A program made the position numbers and the translations under genes. Below, piece by piece: positions 1-10,027 of a DNA stretch of 64,000 nt. This stretch comes from Flavobacteriales bacterium (GTDB taxonomy: Bacteria; Bacteroidota; Bacteroidia; NS11-12g; UBA955). The stretch covers positions 2,946 to 66,945 of the forward strand of contig CANFLS010000012.1 in the NCBI GenBank assembly GCA_947447955.1, in the 5' to 3' direction. The notes under the pieces are model-generated. The model saw only the letters and a list, made by a program, of their open reading frames with translations, was not told the DNA's origin and made no database searches. The first letter of the stretch is position 1, and every line of letters starts with the position of its first letter.

Positions 1-1
1 T

Positions 2-517
2 ATCACCAAAATCCCATTTCACATTGCTATTCACAGATCCATAATAATGTGACGAATCTTTGAAAATAAATTCATTCCCTCTTAAACAATTGGTATATTG
101 ATTAATTGACAATTTTATTCCAAGGACTACAACAGTTTTGGTTATTGAATTTGTACATCCGTTATCATCGATAATTGCGAGGGTAATATTGTACTTTCCC
201 GGTTTACTGAAAGTGGTCTTTGTGTTTTTCTTAACTGAAGTTACAGAATTGTAGGACCATGAATGATAAATATCTCCACCAGCGAAACTCGTGTAACTTT
301 TATTCGTTAGAATAAAGTTATTTCCTCTCAAACATTGTGTATCAGAATTAATTGTAAAATTCGCAATTGTTGAATCACAAGATGAATAATTGGTGTTATT
401 TTTTTTAAAAATATGAGAGGAAAAAACAGGAGATAATGAGCATGTAAATACAAGTAAAAAAGCCAACAATTTGCAGACTTTTGAGAAGTTATTTTTTAAT
501 ACAAAAGTGATTTTCAT
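2..517 (-). CDS. PKD-domain secreted protein, N-terminal part (runs off window edge)
   Basis: Manual translation from ATG at 517: MKITFVLKNNFSKVCKLLAFLLVF...ANFTINSDTQCLRGNNFILTNKS...PGKYNITLAIIDDNGCTNSITKTV...KWDFGD. PKD-type motifs; open to window start; divergent from a PorP/SprF gene. Confidence 0.75.
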   Translation of the reverse strand, partial: MKITFVLKNNFSKVCKLLAFLLVFTCSLSPVFSSHIFKKNNTNYSSCDSTIANFTINSDTQCLRGNNFILTNKSYTSFAGGDIYHSWSYNSVTSVKKNTKTTFSKPGKYNITLAIIDDNGCTNSITKTVVVLGIKLSINQYTNCLRGNEFIFKDSSHYYGSVNSNVKWDFGD

Positions 518-602
518 TCCAATTTAGAAATTGAATGACAATTTTACAAAAAAAAACCGAATATATTCGAGTTTTAGGTCAATAACTTGTTAAAAAAATG
601 TA

Positions 603-1658
603 ATGATTTTTACTAAAGATATAATTATGTTTGTAAGCTGCTACTTTATGCGAACTAATAAAAAGAACATTTCAAATTTATTCATTGTCGTTGTTTCGAT
701 TTTATACCCTTCAATTTCCAAAGGTCAAAATCCAATTTTTCGCCAAATGTACACCCAACGGTATCTTACCAATCCTGCATTGGTAGGAAATGGATCTATT
801 GATGGTATTGGAATTGGAAGAATTTCATCAGGAATAAAAGCCCAATGGATGAGTTTGGAAAGCAGATTATACACACAGTCACTTTCATATGATGCCCCTA
901 TAAAGGGAAACAATTCTAGTTGGGGAATTGGCGCATTTATGACCGACTTAAACTCGGGTTCCGTTGAACAATCAAAGTACTCACATTTTTCGGGAACATT
1001 AACTTACGCCTACAATATCCCTCTAAAAAAATTAAATATTAAATTTGGACTTTCTGCTCAATTTTCTTCAATTACTTTCGGAAGGAATAATTTCATGTGG
1101 GAAGACCAAATTAACGAAAGCATGACAGGGTTTTTAAAGCCAACCCAAGAACCATTGAGTCAATTAACCAAAAATGTAGTTCATGCATCAGCTGGTGCTT
1201 TAATTTATGGTAAAAAAGGTTTTTTTGGGCTTGCTGTACACAACGTAAACGAACCTAATATTTCATTTTTCTCCAACCAAAATCAAACCATTGAAAGGAA
1301 ATTTTTAGTTCATGGGGGACTTGTGTTCGATAAAATATTCAATCACGCGGTTATAACTCCCAATTTTGCATATTCAAAGCAAGGAGATGTACAATCTGCA
1401 CTATTTTCTACCAATGTAAAGTTAGACAACTTACAACTGGGATTAGGAACTCAAAATGTGCGTGCTTTTGGCAATTCAGCATGGTCTGTAACAAACTATG
1501 TTGGTTATAGATACGACAAATATTTCATTGGATATAGCACCGATTGGAACCTAAGTTTTAACTTTGGTTCAATACCTGTAATTCACGAATTTTCAGTGCT
1601 TATTTTATTGAATAAAAAAGAAAAGAAAGCGATTCAAAATCCCTTTCCAGAAATGTAA
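603..1658 (+). CDS. PorP/SprF family type IX secretion system membrane protein
   Basis: QNPIFRQMY...LTNPALVG, QW, LTYAY, GLAVHNVNEP and final HEFS motifs typical of PorP/SprF. True start may be a later Met. Confidence 0.85.
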   Translation: MIFTKDIIMFVSCYFMRTNKKNISNLFIVVVSILYPSISKGQNPIFRQMYTQRYLTNPALVGNGSIDGIGIGRISSGIKAQWMSLESRLYTQSLSYDAPIKGNNSSWGIGAFMTDLNSGSVEQSKYSHFSGTLTYAYNIPLKKLNIKFGLSAQFSSITFGRNNFMWEDQINESMTGFLKPTQEPLSQLTKNVVHASAGALIYGKKGFFGLAVHNVNEPNISFFSNQNQTIERKFLVHGGLVFDKIFNHAVITPNFAYSKQGDVQSALFSTNVKLDNLQLGLGTQNVRAFGNSAWSVTNYVGYRYDKYFIGYSTDWNLSFNFGSIPVIHEFSVLILLNKKEKKAIQNPFPEM

Positions 1659-1659
1659 T

Positions 1660-2718
1660 TTACATTTTTCCTAAATTAATCGATAATCCAACTCCCAAGA
1701 CTTCCATGAATTGAATTCTTGGACCTTTTCTACCGCTTCCGTCCTCAATAATGACATCATCGTCATACTTAACGTTAAGTGTAATTGTGGTTGAAATATA
1801 TTCATTCAATGTAAGTGTAATATCATTTTGAATATTTACATCTACTCGGGTTGGATTTCTAAGATAATTATTAAAAAATTCGAATGTTGATCGAATTGCC
1901 ACATTTTTTATCACCCTAGGTTCATTGAACTGAACTTTTACATATCCACCCATCTCCGACATTGTTTTGGCTGCGTCTTTAATTTCACCTGTTACAGGAT
2001 CGGTTTCCGCTGGAGGAATTCCCCCAACACCTAAATTGGCCAATTTTTGATCACGAACAAATATGTTTTTACTTGATAAAGGACCAATGAATGCACTTAA
2101 TTTTGGACTCGGATTAAAGTCAATTCCAATAGAAGAAATGAATGTAGCCGGAGCAAAGAAATTAGAAGCAGGTATGCCTAAAATTTGGTCATCAATTGAG
2201 TTATAACCGGCTTGAAATTGGGTTGAACAAGAGGTAATTATTGTATAAAACCAGCTTTTTCTGGCTTTCAATCCCAATTTGGTTGAAAACGATACCCTAT
2301 CGTCGTTTTTATACCAGTTTGTGGTATTTCCTTGCAATGACAAACCATAGTTCATGTCCAACACACTTTGCCAACTGATGGTTTGGTTTGTAAAACCTAA
2401 ATTCAAATTCAACCCGGTTGTTATTGAAATTGAATTAATACCTCCTTGCTGCCAATTTGAAAATTGACTTTGATTTGTAGCAATTGTAGAAGTACCAAAA
2501 AACGACCACAAACCAGTTGTGTCTCTGTTTCTCACTTTCTTTGGAGTAACCAGTGGTTCGATTATTGACTTACTATCTGCTTGAACAATAGTGCTATCCG
2601 CTTTAACAATAGTGCTATCGGCTTGAGCAATGGTACTATCGGTTTGAGCAATAGCTGACAGAGAAATCATCAATGTGAAACAAACAAGAATAAATTTGGG
2701 TAATTTTTTAAGAATCAT
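1660..2718 (-). CDS. DUF3078 family outer-membrane protein
   Basis: Signal peptide, NQSQFSNWQQGG, KNDDR, TQFQAGY and NFFAPA motifs. Start taken at MILKK (2718). Confidence 0.75.
   Translation of the reverse strand: MILKKLPKFILVCFTLMISLSAIAQTDSTIAQADSTIVKADSTIVQADSKSIIEPLVTPKKVRNRDTTGLWSFFGTSTIATNQSQFSNWQQGGINSISITTGLNLNLGFTNQTISWQSVLDMNYGLSLQGNTTNWYKNDDRVSFSTKLGLKARKSWFYTIITSCSTQFQAGYNSIDDQILGIPASNFFAPATFISSIGIDFNPSPKLSAFIGPLSSKNIFVRDQKLANLGVGGIPPAETDPVTGEIKDAAKTMSEMGGYVKVQFNEPRVIKNVAIRSTFEFFNNYLRNPTRVDVNIQNDITLTLNEYISTTITLNVKYDDDVIIEDGSGRKGPRIQFMEVLGVGLSINLGKM
2573..2656 (-). repeat. 4 x 21-bp coding tandem repeat (approx. ADSTIVQ)
   Basis: Units at 2573, 2594, 2615 and 2636 encode AQTDSTIAQADSTIVKADSTIVQADS. 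Confidence 0.85.
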
Positions 2719-2909
2719 AAATAATTGTACAACATTATTGCTAAAATTACACAAATACAAACATTTGTCGAAGCTTTTGAGATTAATTATTCATAACCCA
2801 AAACCAAAGAAATTTCAAACAGCCGCACATTTATGATCCCAAAACTAAAAAGATCAAGAAAATCAAGCGCATCGAAGAACGCGATCCAGTCGATTAATTA
2901 ACTACAAAG

Positions 2910-3254
2910 TTAAAAATTCAATTTCACCGTGTATTGCAAATGCATAATAAATGCAATTAAACTCAGCGATATATTGATGATTGCCAAAATGATATATACC
3001 CAATTGATATCACTTTTTAATGATTCTATACAAATTAAAATGAATCCAAAGAACAAGAACATCGATCCTGCATAAAAATCAAACCATAGGCCGTAAACTG
3101 CCAAAACCCATGTAATTACATAGATAATCCAAATTCTGCTAGATTTTATTTTTCTAAAATGCTCCTTTTTCCATTTTAACTGCTGCCCAATGACAATGAA
3201 TGCAATGGCAAACGACAACAATATCGAAAGGACTATAAACAACCCATAATGCAA
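2910..3254 (-). CDS. hypothetical membrane protein
   Basis: 114 aa with about four hydrophobic segments. Confidence 0.55.
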   Translation of the reverse strand: MHYGLFIVLSILLSFAIAFIVIGQQLKWKKEHFRKIKSSRIWIIYVITWVLAVYGLWFDFYAGSMFLFFGFILICIESLKSDINWVYIILAIINISLSLIAFIMHLQYTVKLNF

Positions 3255-3445
3255 CAGTTCTTTTTTCTCCCAAATTGTTATTGTAATTGTAAAAAATACA
3301 GAAAGTTGAAAAAAATTAGGTTCGAAAAAAAATCCCTACACCCCTTCTGTTTAACATTTACACACAATTTATTCCATTCACTTAATTTTTTTTGGAAGTT
3401 TCATAACTTTACCTTATTGTTGAAATTACATAAACTTAATTTCAT

Positions 3446-6355
3446 ATGATTCAAACAAATACAAAGACATTTTACACTCTTTTGTTTATGGCTTCTTTGG
3501 TATTTGCTCCCGCCGCTGCTCAAGCACAGGTTGCCGATTCCGATTCAATTGATGCCATCGATGAAGTTGTTGTAGTCGGCTACGGTACACAAAAGAAAAG
3601 CAATGTTACCGGTGCCATTTCACAAGTGAAATCAAAAGATTTACAAGATCTACCCCTCACCCGTGTGGAACAAGCCCTGCAAGGTAGAACCTCCGGTGTG
3701 CAAATTTTGCAAAATTCAGGACAACCTGGATCCAGCTCAGTTGTTCGCATTAGAGGTACTGCCTCAATCAACGGCTCCAACCCACTCTATGTTGTAGATG
3801 GAGTTGTCATTACTGGAGGTATCGATTACCTGAATCCAAACGATATTGAAACCATTGAAGTGCTAAAAGATGCCGCTTCGGCCGCTATCTACGGAGCACG
3901 TGGTGCCAATGGTGTAATTATTGTAACCACCAAATCTGGTAAAAAAGGAGCAATGAAAGTGAATGTTTCTATGTATAGAGGTACTCAAAATCCTTGGAAA
4001 ACACTTCCCGTATTAAACGCTACCGAATACGCTACCTTGCAAAATGAAATGGCTGCCGCCGCTGGTCAAGCTCCCAAATTTGCAGATCCACGCTCTTTAG
4101 GACAAGGAACAGATTGGCAAAGCAAAGTGTTTAATCCAAGTGCGCCAATGAGCAATCTTGAGATCAACCTTTCTGGAAGTACCGACAAAATCCAATACTA
4201 TGCCTCTGTTTCTAAATACGACCAAGAAGGAATAGTTGCGGCTGGAAAATCGAACTATAACAGATTGACCGCACGTTTAAATACAACCATTCAAGCAACC
4301 AACAAACTAAAAATTGGATGGAATGCTGCCTACACAAATGTTCAAAGCATGAGTGTTGCTGAAAATACTGAGTTTGGATCTCCATTGGGACGTGCTCTCA
4401 ACATTGACCCTCTTACCCCACTTTATGAAACCAATCCATTGTTGCTTTCTCAAAACCCATATTCAATTGCAGGTGCGTTGAGGAAAAATTTGATGCGCGA
4501 TGCTGGCGGTATTTATGGAATTTCTTCTATTGTAACCTCTGAAATTGTGAATCCAGTTGCAGCGTTAATGACAGAAAATAACACCGGTTGGAGCGATAAG
4601 ATTGTGAACAATACCTATGCAGAATTCGAAATCTTAAAGGGTTTAAAATTCAAAAGCAGCATCGGTACTGATTTGGCATTTTATGGTGGTTACGGTTTCC
4701 GTCCCTCATATTACTTAAACGCCACAAATTTCTTGGATACGAATTTGGTTTATCAAAACTTTAATCGGGCGTTAACTTGGATTTGGGATAACTCGATCTC
4801 ATATTCTACCAAAATCAAAAAACACAACATCGATATTGTTGCAGGACATTCAGCACAAGAAACTACGGGTACATTTATTGGTGGATCAAAACGCGATGTA
4901 CCATCTCAAAATCCAGACGATGCAACCATCAACTATGCCCGAAATACAAACAGCAGGGATGTTTATGGAGGGAAATGGGAACGTTATGCCATTGAATCAT
5001 ACTTTTCAAGAGTCAATTACAACTTTAACGGCAAATATTTGCTTACCGCCATTTTAAGGGCTGATGCATCTTCGAGATTTGGTTCTAATTACCGTTGGGG
5101 TTATTTTCCTTCAATTTCTGGGGGATGGAATATGCATGAGGAATCTTTTTGGAAGTCAAACAAATACATTCAAACTTTGAAACTAAAAAGCGGTTGGGGA
5201 ATGAGTGGAAATGATGCCGCTGGTTCACTTGAATATGCTGCAACCATTTCTGGAGGAAGAAGTTACACGTTTGGCAGTGGCGAAACACTAACCAACGGAA
5301 CTTCTCCTACCCAAGTTGCCAACCCCGATTTGCATTGGGAAACGGTAACCCAATCGAATTTTGGTTTTGAAAGCCGCATTTTCAAAAATATCAATGTAGG
5401 AATCGATATTTACCAAAAGAACACCACAGGAATGATGAGCAGACCTGTTTTGCCTGATTACATTGGCAACGATGCCCCAACTTCAAATGTGGGCACAATG
5501 GTAAACAAAGGAGTTGATATTGAAGCCAACTACAGCAAAGTGCTTAAAAACGGACTTGCTATCAACGTGGGTGGCAATATTTCATTTGTAAACAATGAAG
5601 TAACTTTAATTGGTAACAAAACTGGATTTTTAAGCGGTGCCAAATGGGGTCCACAGAGTTTAGAAATTTCTAGAATTTCTGAAGGACAAGCAATTGGACA
5701 TTTCTACGGATATAAAACGGATGGAATTTTCCAAACTTTAGATGAAGTTAACAATTACAAAAGTGCCGATGGCAAAGTCATCCAAAAAGATGCGGTTGCC
5801 GGTGATTTGAAATTTGTAGATGTAAACAATGACGGTGTAATTGATGAAAAAGACAGAACTGTAATTGGAAATCCAACACCAAAGTTTGTTTATGGTGTAA
5901 ACATTTCTTTGAAATTCAAAGGTTTCGACTTGATGATTTTTGGTCAAGGCATGGAAGGAAATGACATTTACAATGCAACCAGAAGATATGATTTACCAAA
6001 TGCAAATATGAATGCCGCTGCCATCGACAGATGGACCGGTGCGGGTAGCACAAATCAATATCCAAGATTGACATTGCAAGACAACAACAATAACTTCGCC
6101 AGAAGTTCTGACTTCTACGTAGAAGATGGAAGCTTTTTTAGAATCAAAAATTTCCAAATTGGCTACAGAATTCCAGACAAAATATTAAAGAAACTGAATA
6201 TCGCTGGAATGCGTATCTACTATTCTGGTAGCAATTTATTGACCTTTACCAAATATTCTGGATTTGATCCAGAAATTGGAAATGGTTACGGTATAGACAG
6301 GGGTATTTATCCTCAAGCAAGAATGAATTCACTAGGTTTAAGTTTAAATTTTTAA
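3446..6355 (+). CDS. susC: SusC/RagA TonB-dependent transporter
   Basis: EVVVVGYGTQKK, IRG...NPLYVVDG and LKDAASAAIYGARGANGVIIVTTK plug motifs; C-terminal YPQAR...LNF. Confidence 0.97.
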   Translation: MIQTNTKTFYTLLFMASLVFAPAAAQAQVADSDSIDAIDEVVVVGYGTQKKSNVTGAISQVKSKDLQDLPLTRVEQALQGRTSGVQILQNSGQPGSSSVVRIRGTASINGSNPLYVVDGVVITGGIDYLNPNDIETIEVLKDAASAAIYGARGANGVIIVTTKSGKKGAMKVNVSMYRGTQNPWKTLPVLNATEYATLQNEMAAAAGQAPKFADPRSLGQGTDWQSKVFNPSAPMSNLEINLSGSTDKIQYYASVSKYDQEGIVAAGKSNYNRLTARLNTTIQATNKLKIGWNAAYTNVQSMSVAENTEFGSPLGRALNIDPLTPLYETNPLLLSQNPYSIAGALRKNLMRDAGGIYGISSIVTSEIVNPVAALMTENNTGWSDKIVNNTYAEFEILKGLKFKSSIGTDLAFYGGYGFRPSYYLNATNFLDTNLVYQNFNRALTWIWDNSISYSTKIKKHNIDIVAGHSAQETTGTFIGGSKRDVPSQNPDDATINYARNTNSRDVYGGKWERYAIESYFSRVNYNFNGKYLLTAILRADASSRFGSNYRWGYFPSISGGWNMHEESFWKSNKYIQTLKLKSGWGMSGNDAAGSLEYAATISGGRSYTFGSGETLTNGTSPTQVANPDLHWETVTQSNFGFESRIFKNINVGIDIYQKNTTGMMSRPVLPDYIGNDAPTSNVGTMVNKGVDIEANYSKVLKNGLAINVGGNISFVNNEVTLIGNKTGFLSGAKWGPQSLEISRISEGQAIGHFYGYKTDGIFQTLDEVNNYKSADGKVIQKDAVAGDLKFVDVNNDGVIDEKDRTVIGNPTPKFVYGVNISLKFKGFDLMIFGQGMEGNDIYNATRRYDLPNANMNAAAIDRWTGAGSTNQYPRLTLQDNNNNFARSSDFYVEDGSFFRIKNFQIGYRIPDKILKKLNIAGMRIYYSGSNLLTFTKYSGFDPEIGNGYGIDRGIYPQARMNSLGLSLNF

Positions 6356-6359
6356 GGTT

Positions 6360-7874
6360 ATGAAAAGTGTTAAAAATATTTTCAAATTCACATTATTAAG
6401 CGTTGTTTTTTGCATTCCCTTTGGATGTAAAAAAGAATTTCTAGACGTTAAGCCAGTGGCTAGAGAACTAGAAATCAATTATTATAGAAATGAGGCTCAA
6501 GCTTTTGAGGCTTTGGTGAGCGTTTACGACGCACTTCAGTGGAACGACCAAGGTGGTTTCACCATGTTTAGATTGTTATTGAACGTTGCATCCGACGAAT
6601 GTTTGGCAGGTGGCAGCGATGCTTCTGACCAACCAAGTTGGGTTGCTTGGGATCAGTTCAAAACAAGTCCTAGCCTTGGCCCACAAGTTGGATTCTGGAG
6701 AAAGAATTACAAAGGCATATACAGAGCCAACTTATTCTTAGAGAAAATCAATCAAATTGCCGATGCTTCTCCTGAATTCAAAGCAAGAACAAGTGCCGAA
6801 GCAAAGTTTTTAAGGGCTAAATTCTATTTGGACTTGGTACAACTATTTGGACGTGTTCCTTTGATTACAAAGACCTTAAATCCCTCAGAATATTACACAA
6901 TCAAACAGGAAACACCAGAAGTAGTTTTCAATCAAATTGAAAAGGACTTATTGGAAGCAATTCCAGATTTGCCATTGGCAAATACGCTGCCTGCTCAAGA
7001 ATTGGGAAGGGTAACCAAAGGTGCTGCACAAGCATTGTTGGCAAGGGGTTATTTATATATGAATATGCAAGACAAAATGGATGATGTTGCTACTTTGTGT
7101 GAAGACATTATCAATTCTAATGCCTACGATTTAGAGAAAAACTATGGCGACATTTTTAAAACCTCAGGGGAGTTTGGAACTGAATCCGTGTTTGAAATTG
7201 CATATAGTGAAAATTCTAGATCTGATTGGGGTTCATTTGGATCTGGTTGGGGCGAAGGAAACGTTTCTGTACAGTTTGTAGGAATGCGCGATTTTAGCGG
7301 TGCTAAATTTGCACCAGGATGGGGTTTCTGCCCAGTAAGTAAAAGTTTGGCTGATGCGTTGCGCGGAGATCCAAGATTTGTTCATACCATTATTGAAGCC
7401 GATACGATGAAAGGGGCAACCTATTCTAAAGGGTATCAAAATACAGGTTTCTTTATTCGCAAATACGCTCCGTTAATTGAAAACAAATCGAAAGATGGTG
7501 AACCTGCTTTAAACTGGGGCAATAACATCCGCGAAATTCGTTTTGCAGATGTTTTGTTGATGGCTGCCGAAGGGTTGGCTAGAAGCAGCGGAAACATGAG
7601 CAATGCGCAAAGCTATGTAAACAGAGTAAGAGCGAGGGTTGGATTAGCTCCAATTAGCAGTTCTGGTAATCTTTTATTGTTGGATATTTACAAAGAAAGA
7701 CAATTGGAATTGGCTACTGAAGGACATAGATTTTTTGATTTGATCAGAACAGATCAGGCTTCAAGTGTGTTGGGCGCATTTGGTTTTATCAAAGGAACCC
7801 ATGAGTACCTTCCTATTCCACAAAATGAAATTGACGCAAGCCAAGGTGCACTAAAACAAAACAATGGTTATTAA
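6360..7874 (+). CDS. susD: SusD/RagB lipoprotein
   Basis: Lipobox FGC; EAKFLRA, IRFADVLLMAAE, ELATEGHRFFDL and PIPQNEI...QNNGY motifs. Confidence 0.96.
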   Translation: MKSVKNIFKFTLLSVVFCIPFGCKKEFLDVKPVARELEINYYRNEAQAFEALVSVYDALQWNDQGGFTMFRLLLNVASDECLAGGSDASDQPSWVAWDQFKTSPSLGPQVGFWRKNYKGIYRANLFLEKINQIADASPEFKARTSAEAKFLRAKFYLDLVQLFGRVPLITKTLNPSEYYTIKQETPEVVFNQIEKDLLEAIPDLPLANTLPAQELGRVTKGAAQALLARGYLYMNMQDKMDDVATLCEDIINSNAYDLEKNYGDIFKTSGEFGTESVFEIAYSENSRSDWGSFGSGWGEGNVSVQFVGMRDFSGAKFAPGWGFCPVSKSLADALRGDPRFVHTIIEADTMKGATYSKGYQNTGFFIRKYAPLIENKSKDGEPALNWGNNIREIRFADVLLMAAEGLARSSGNMSNAQSYVNRVRARVGLAPISSSGNLLLLDIYKERQLELATEGHRFFDLIRTDQASSVLGAFGFIKGTHEYLPIPQNEIDASQGALKQNNGY

Positions 7875-7892
7875 TAATTTAAAATAATTTTT

Positions 7893-8768
7893 ATGAAAAA
7901 TATACAAAAAATAACAATTGGGCTTTTCTGTACAATCATGATTATTTTTTCATGCAAAAACGACAGGCCTTCATTAAATAATTTGCCAAAGGCAGCATTT
8001 GATATTGAATTTATTGATTCAAACAATGTAAAGTTCATAAGTAAGTCAACTGAAAATCCATTTTTATTCAATTGGACCGTTGTGAATCTTGGTACATTTA
8101 AAGGGAATGGCGTAGTTGCCAATATTCCTAACAAAGGAAAATATCAAGTAATTCTTACTGTTTATTCTCAGGGGGGAAGTGATACCCTTTCGAAATTTTT
8201 CGAAATTACAAAAAATGAGAAACCCGCTTGTACCCCAGAAATGGAGTTTTTGACGGATTGCAGTTCAAGAACATGGACATTGGCTAAAAAGCCAGGTGCA
8301 TTGTGGGTTGGACCAGTAAACGCAAGTACAACTTGGTGGGCCATTGATGCTGCTGGCGTTACAACCAGATCATGTGCCTTTAACGATGAATGGACATTCA
8401 ACGCAGATGGTACAGTTGATTACGACTGCAAAGGAGATTTGTGGGGGGAAGCGGCAACAGGATTTAAACCCGACGGTTGTTATCCAGAATCGGACTTAAC
8501 TGCCGATACCAAATTTTGGGGAAGTGGTAAACACCAATTTATGTTAACTGGAGGTACCGGAACTGATCCTTTAATTTTAAAAATGATTGGAAAGGGTGCA
8601 TTCATTGGTTTACAAAAAGTAGCAAATGGAAAAGAAGTAAGCACTCCTCAAATGGGTGTTGATTACAAAGTACTCTCACAGACAAAAACTGCAACCGACC
8701 GTTTTACAGAGGTAGAAGTAAACTTTGGTGCCGGTATTTGGAGATTTACGCTAACTTCGCCTGAATGA
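7893..8768 (+). CDS. PUL surface lipoprotein with PKD-like domain (putative glycan-binding)
   Basis: Lipobox FSC, PKD-like segment (GKYQVILTV), Trp-rich C-terminal domain; directly after susD. Confidence 0.7.
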   Translation: MKNIQKITIGLFCTIMIIFSCKNDRPSLNNLPKAAFDIEFIDSNNVKFISKSTENPFLFNWTVVNLGTFKGNGVVANIPNKGKYQVILTVYSQGGSDTLSKFFEITKNEKPACTPEMEFLTDCSSRTWTLAKKPGALWVGPVNASTTWWAIDAAGVTTRSCAFNDEWTFNADGTVDYDCKGDLWGEAATGFKPDGCYPESDLTADTKFWGSGKHQFMLTGGTGTDPLILKMIGKGAFIGLQKVANGKEVSTPQMGVDYKVLSQTKTATDRFTEVEVNFGAGIWRFTLTSPE

Positions 8769-9925
8769 TAAAATTCTTTTCAGGTATTTCGTTTCTATGC
8801 TGTTTTATCCTATTTTCTTGCAAGGACAATGTTGTTACGCCTAGTTTATTGGTGAGGGACATTACAGTTCAAGAAAACAACGATAGCCAAACAATAAACG
8901 TGGTGGTTTCATTGAGCGAAACTTGTGAGCGTGATGTGAAATTCCATTTTTCAACCATGGCCAACTCTGCCACCAAAGGAATAGACTTTCGTGACAAACA
9001 GGGAGATATTACCATTGCTGCGGGAAATAAAACGGCTTCGTTTTCTTTGCAAGTTTTGGGGGACACAATCGTAGAAACTGAGGAGTCATTTTGGATATCT
9101 TATAACCAACCCAATGGATTGAATATTCCAACACCTTATGCCACGGTTAAAATCACCAACGACGATGCCGATGCGATTTCGTTTGTCGATGGATACAATA
9201 CGCCAAAAGTAAGAAAAGGATATAGCCTTGTATGGGCCGATGAATTCGATGGCAATTCCTTAAATTTAAACAACTGGGGTTTCGATATTGGAAATTCGGG
9301 TTGGGGCAACAATGAGTTGGAATACTACCAAGATGGCAATAAAAACGTAACCGTTGCCAATGGAACGTTAACAATTACTGCGAAAAAAGAAAAAGTTCAA
9401 AGTGCCAATTACACTTCGGCAAGGATAAAAACCCAAGGTAAAAAATCTTTCACGTTTGGAAGGATTGATATCCGTGCCAAACTGATGACAGGTCAAGGAT
9501 ATTGGCCAGCACTTTGGATGTTAGGTGAAAGCATTTCATCAATTGGATGGCCCGCTTGCGGTGAAATCGACATTATGGAATTGGTAGGTAGCAAACCCAA
9601 CGTAGTGCTAGGAACAGCGCATTGGGGTTTACCAGGAAATGGGTCTACCTATATTACTCGAAACTATACATTGAATGGCACAGATTTCAGCAAAGAATAC
9701 CATGTGTTTTCAATTGTTTGGGTTAAAGATCAAATCCAATGGTATGTAGATGATCAATTATACCATACCATTACCAAAAACGATGTCAATGTAACCTATC
9801 CGTTCAACTCACCTCATTTCTTCATTTTCAATGTTGCAGTGGGTGGGAATTTGCCGGGTAATCCAGATGTAAATACTGTTTTCCCCAAATCGATGGTGGT
9901 TGATTACGTGAGGGTATTTCAATAA
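8765..9925 (+). CDS. GH16 (laminarinase-type) lipoprotein with N-terminal Calx-beta domain
   Basis: LVWADEF, GWGNNELEYY, WPALWMLG, catalytic EIDIME and MVVDYVRV; Calx-beta-like GDTIVETEESF. Confidence 0.92.
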   Translation: MIKFFSGISFLCCFILFSCKDNVVTPSLLVRDITVQENNDSQTINVVVSLSETCERDVKFHFSTMANSATKGIDFRDKQGDITIAAGNKTASFSLQVLGDTIVETEESFWISYNQPNGLNIPTPYATVKITNDDADAISFVDGYNTPKVRKGYSLVWADEFDGNSLNLNNWGFDIGNSGWGNNELEYYQDGNKNVTVANGTLTITAKKEKVQSANYTSARIKTQGKKSFTFGRIDIRAKLMTGQGYWPALWMLGESISSIGWPACGEIDIMELVGSKPNVVLGTAHWGLPGNGSTYITRNYTLNGTDFSKEYHVFSIVWVKDQIQWYVDDQLYHTITKNDVNVTYPFNSPHFFIFNVAVGGNLPGNPDVNTVFPKSMVVDYVRVFQ

Positions 9926-9952
9926 TTAAATAAGTATTTAATAAGATCTTCT

Positions 9953-9984
9953 AAAAAGCAGCTGAACTATTCAGCTGCTTTTTT
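9953..9984. terminator. intrinsic terminator, potentially bidirectional
   Basis: AAAAA-GCAGCTGAA-cta-TTCAGCTGC-TTTTTT after the GH16 gene. Confidence 0.85.
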
Positions 9985-10027
9985 GTTAATTCCAAAAACT
10001 TCCTTATTTTTACTTTTTCCTAATCAT

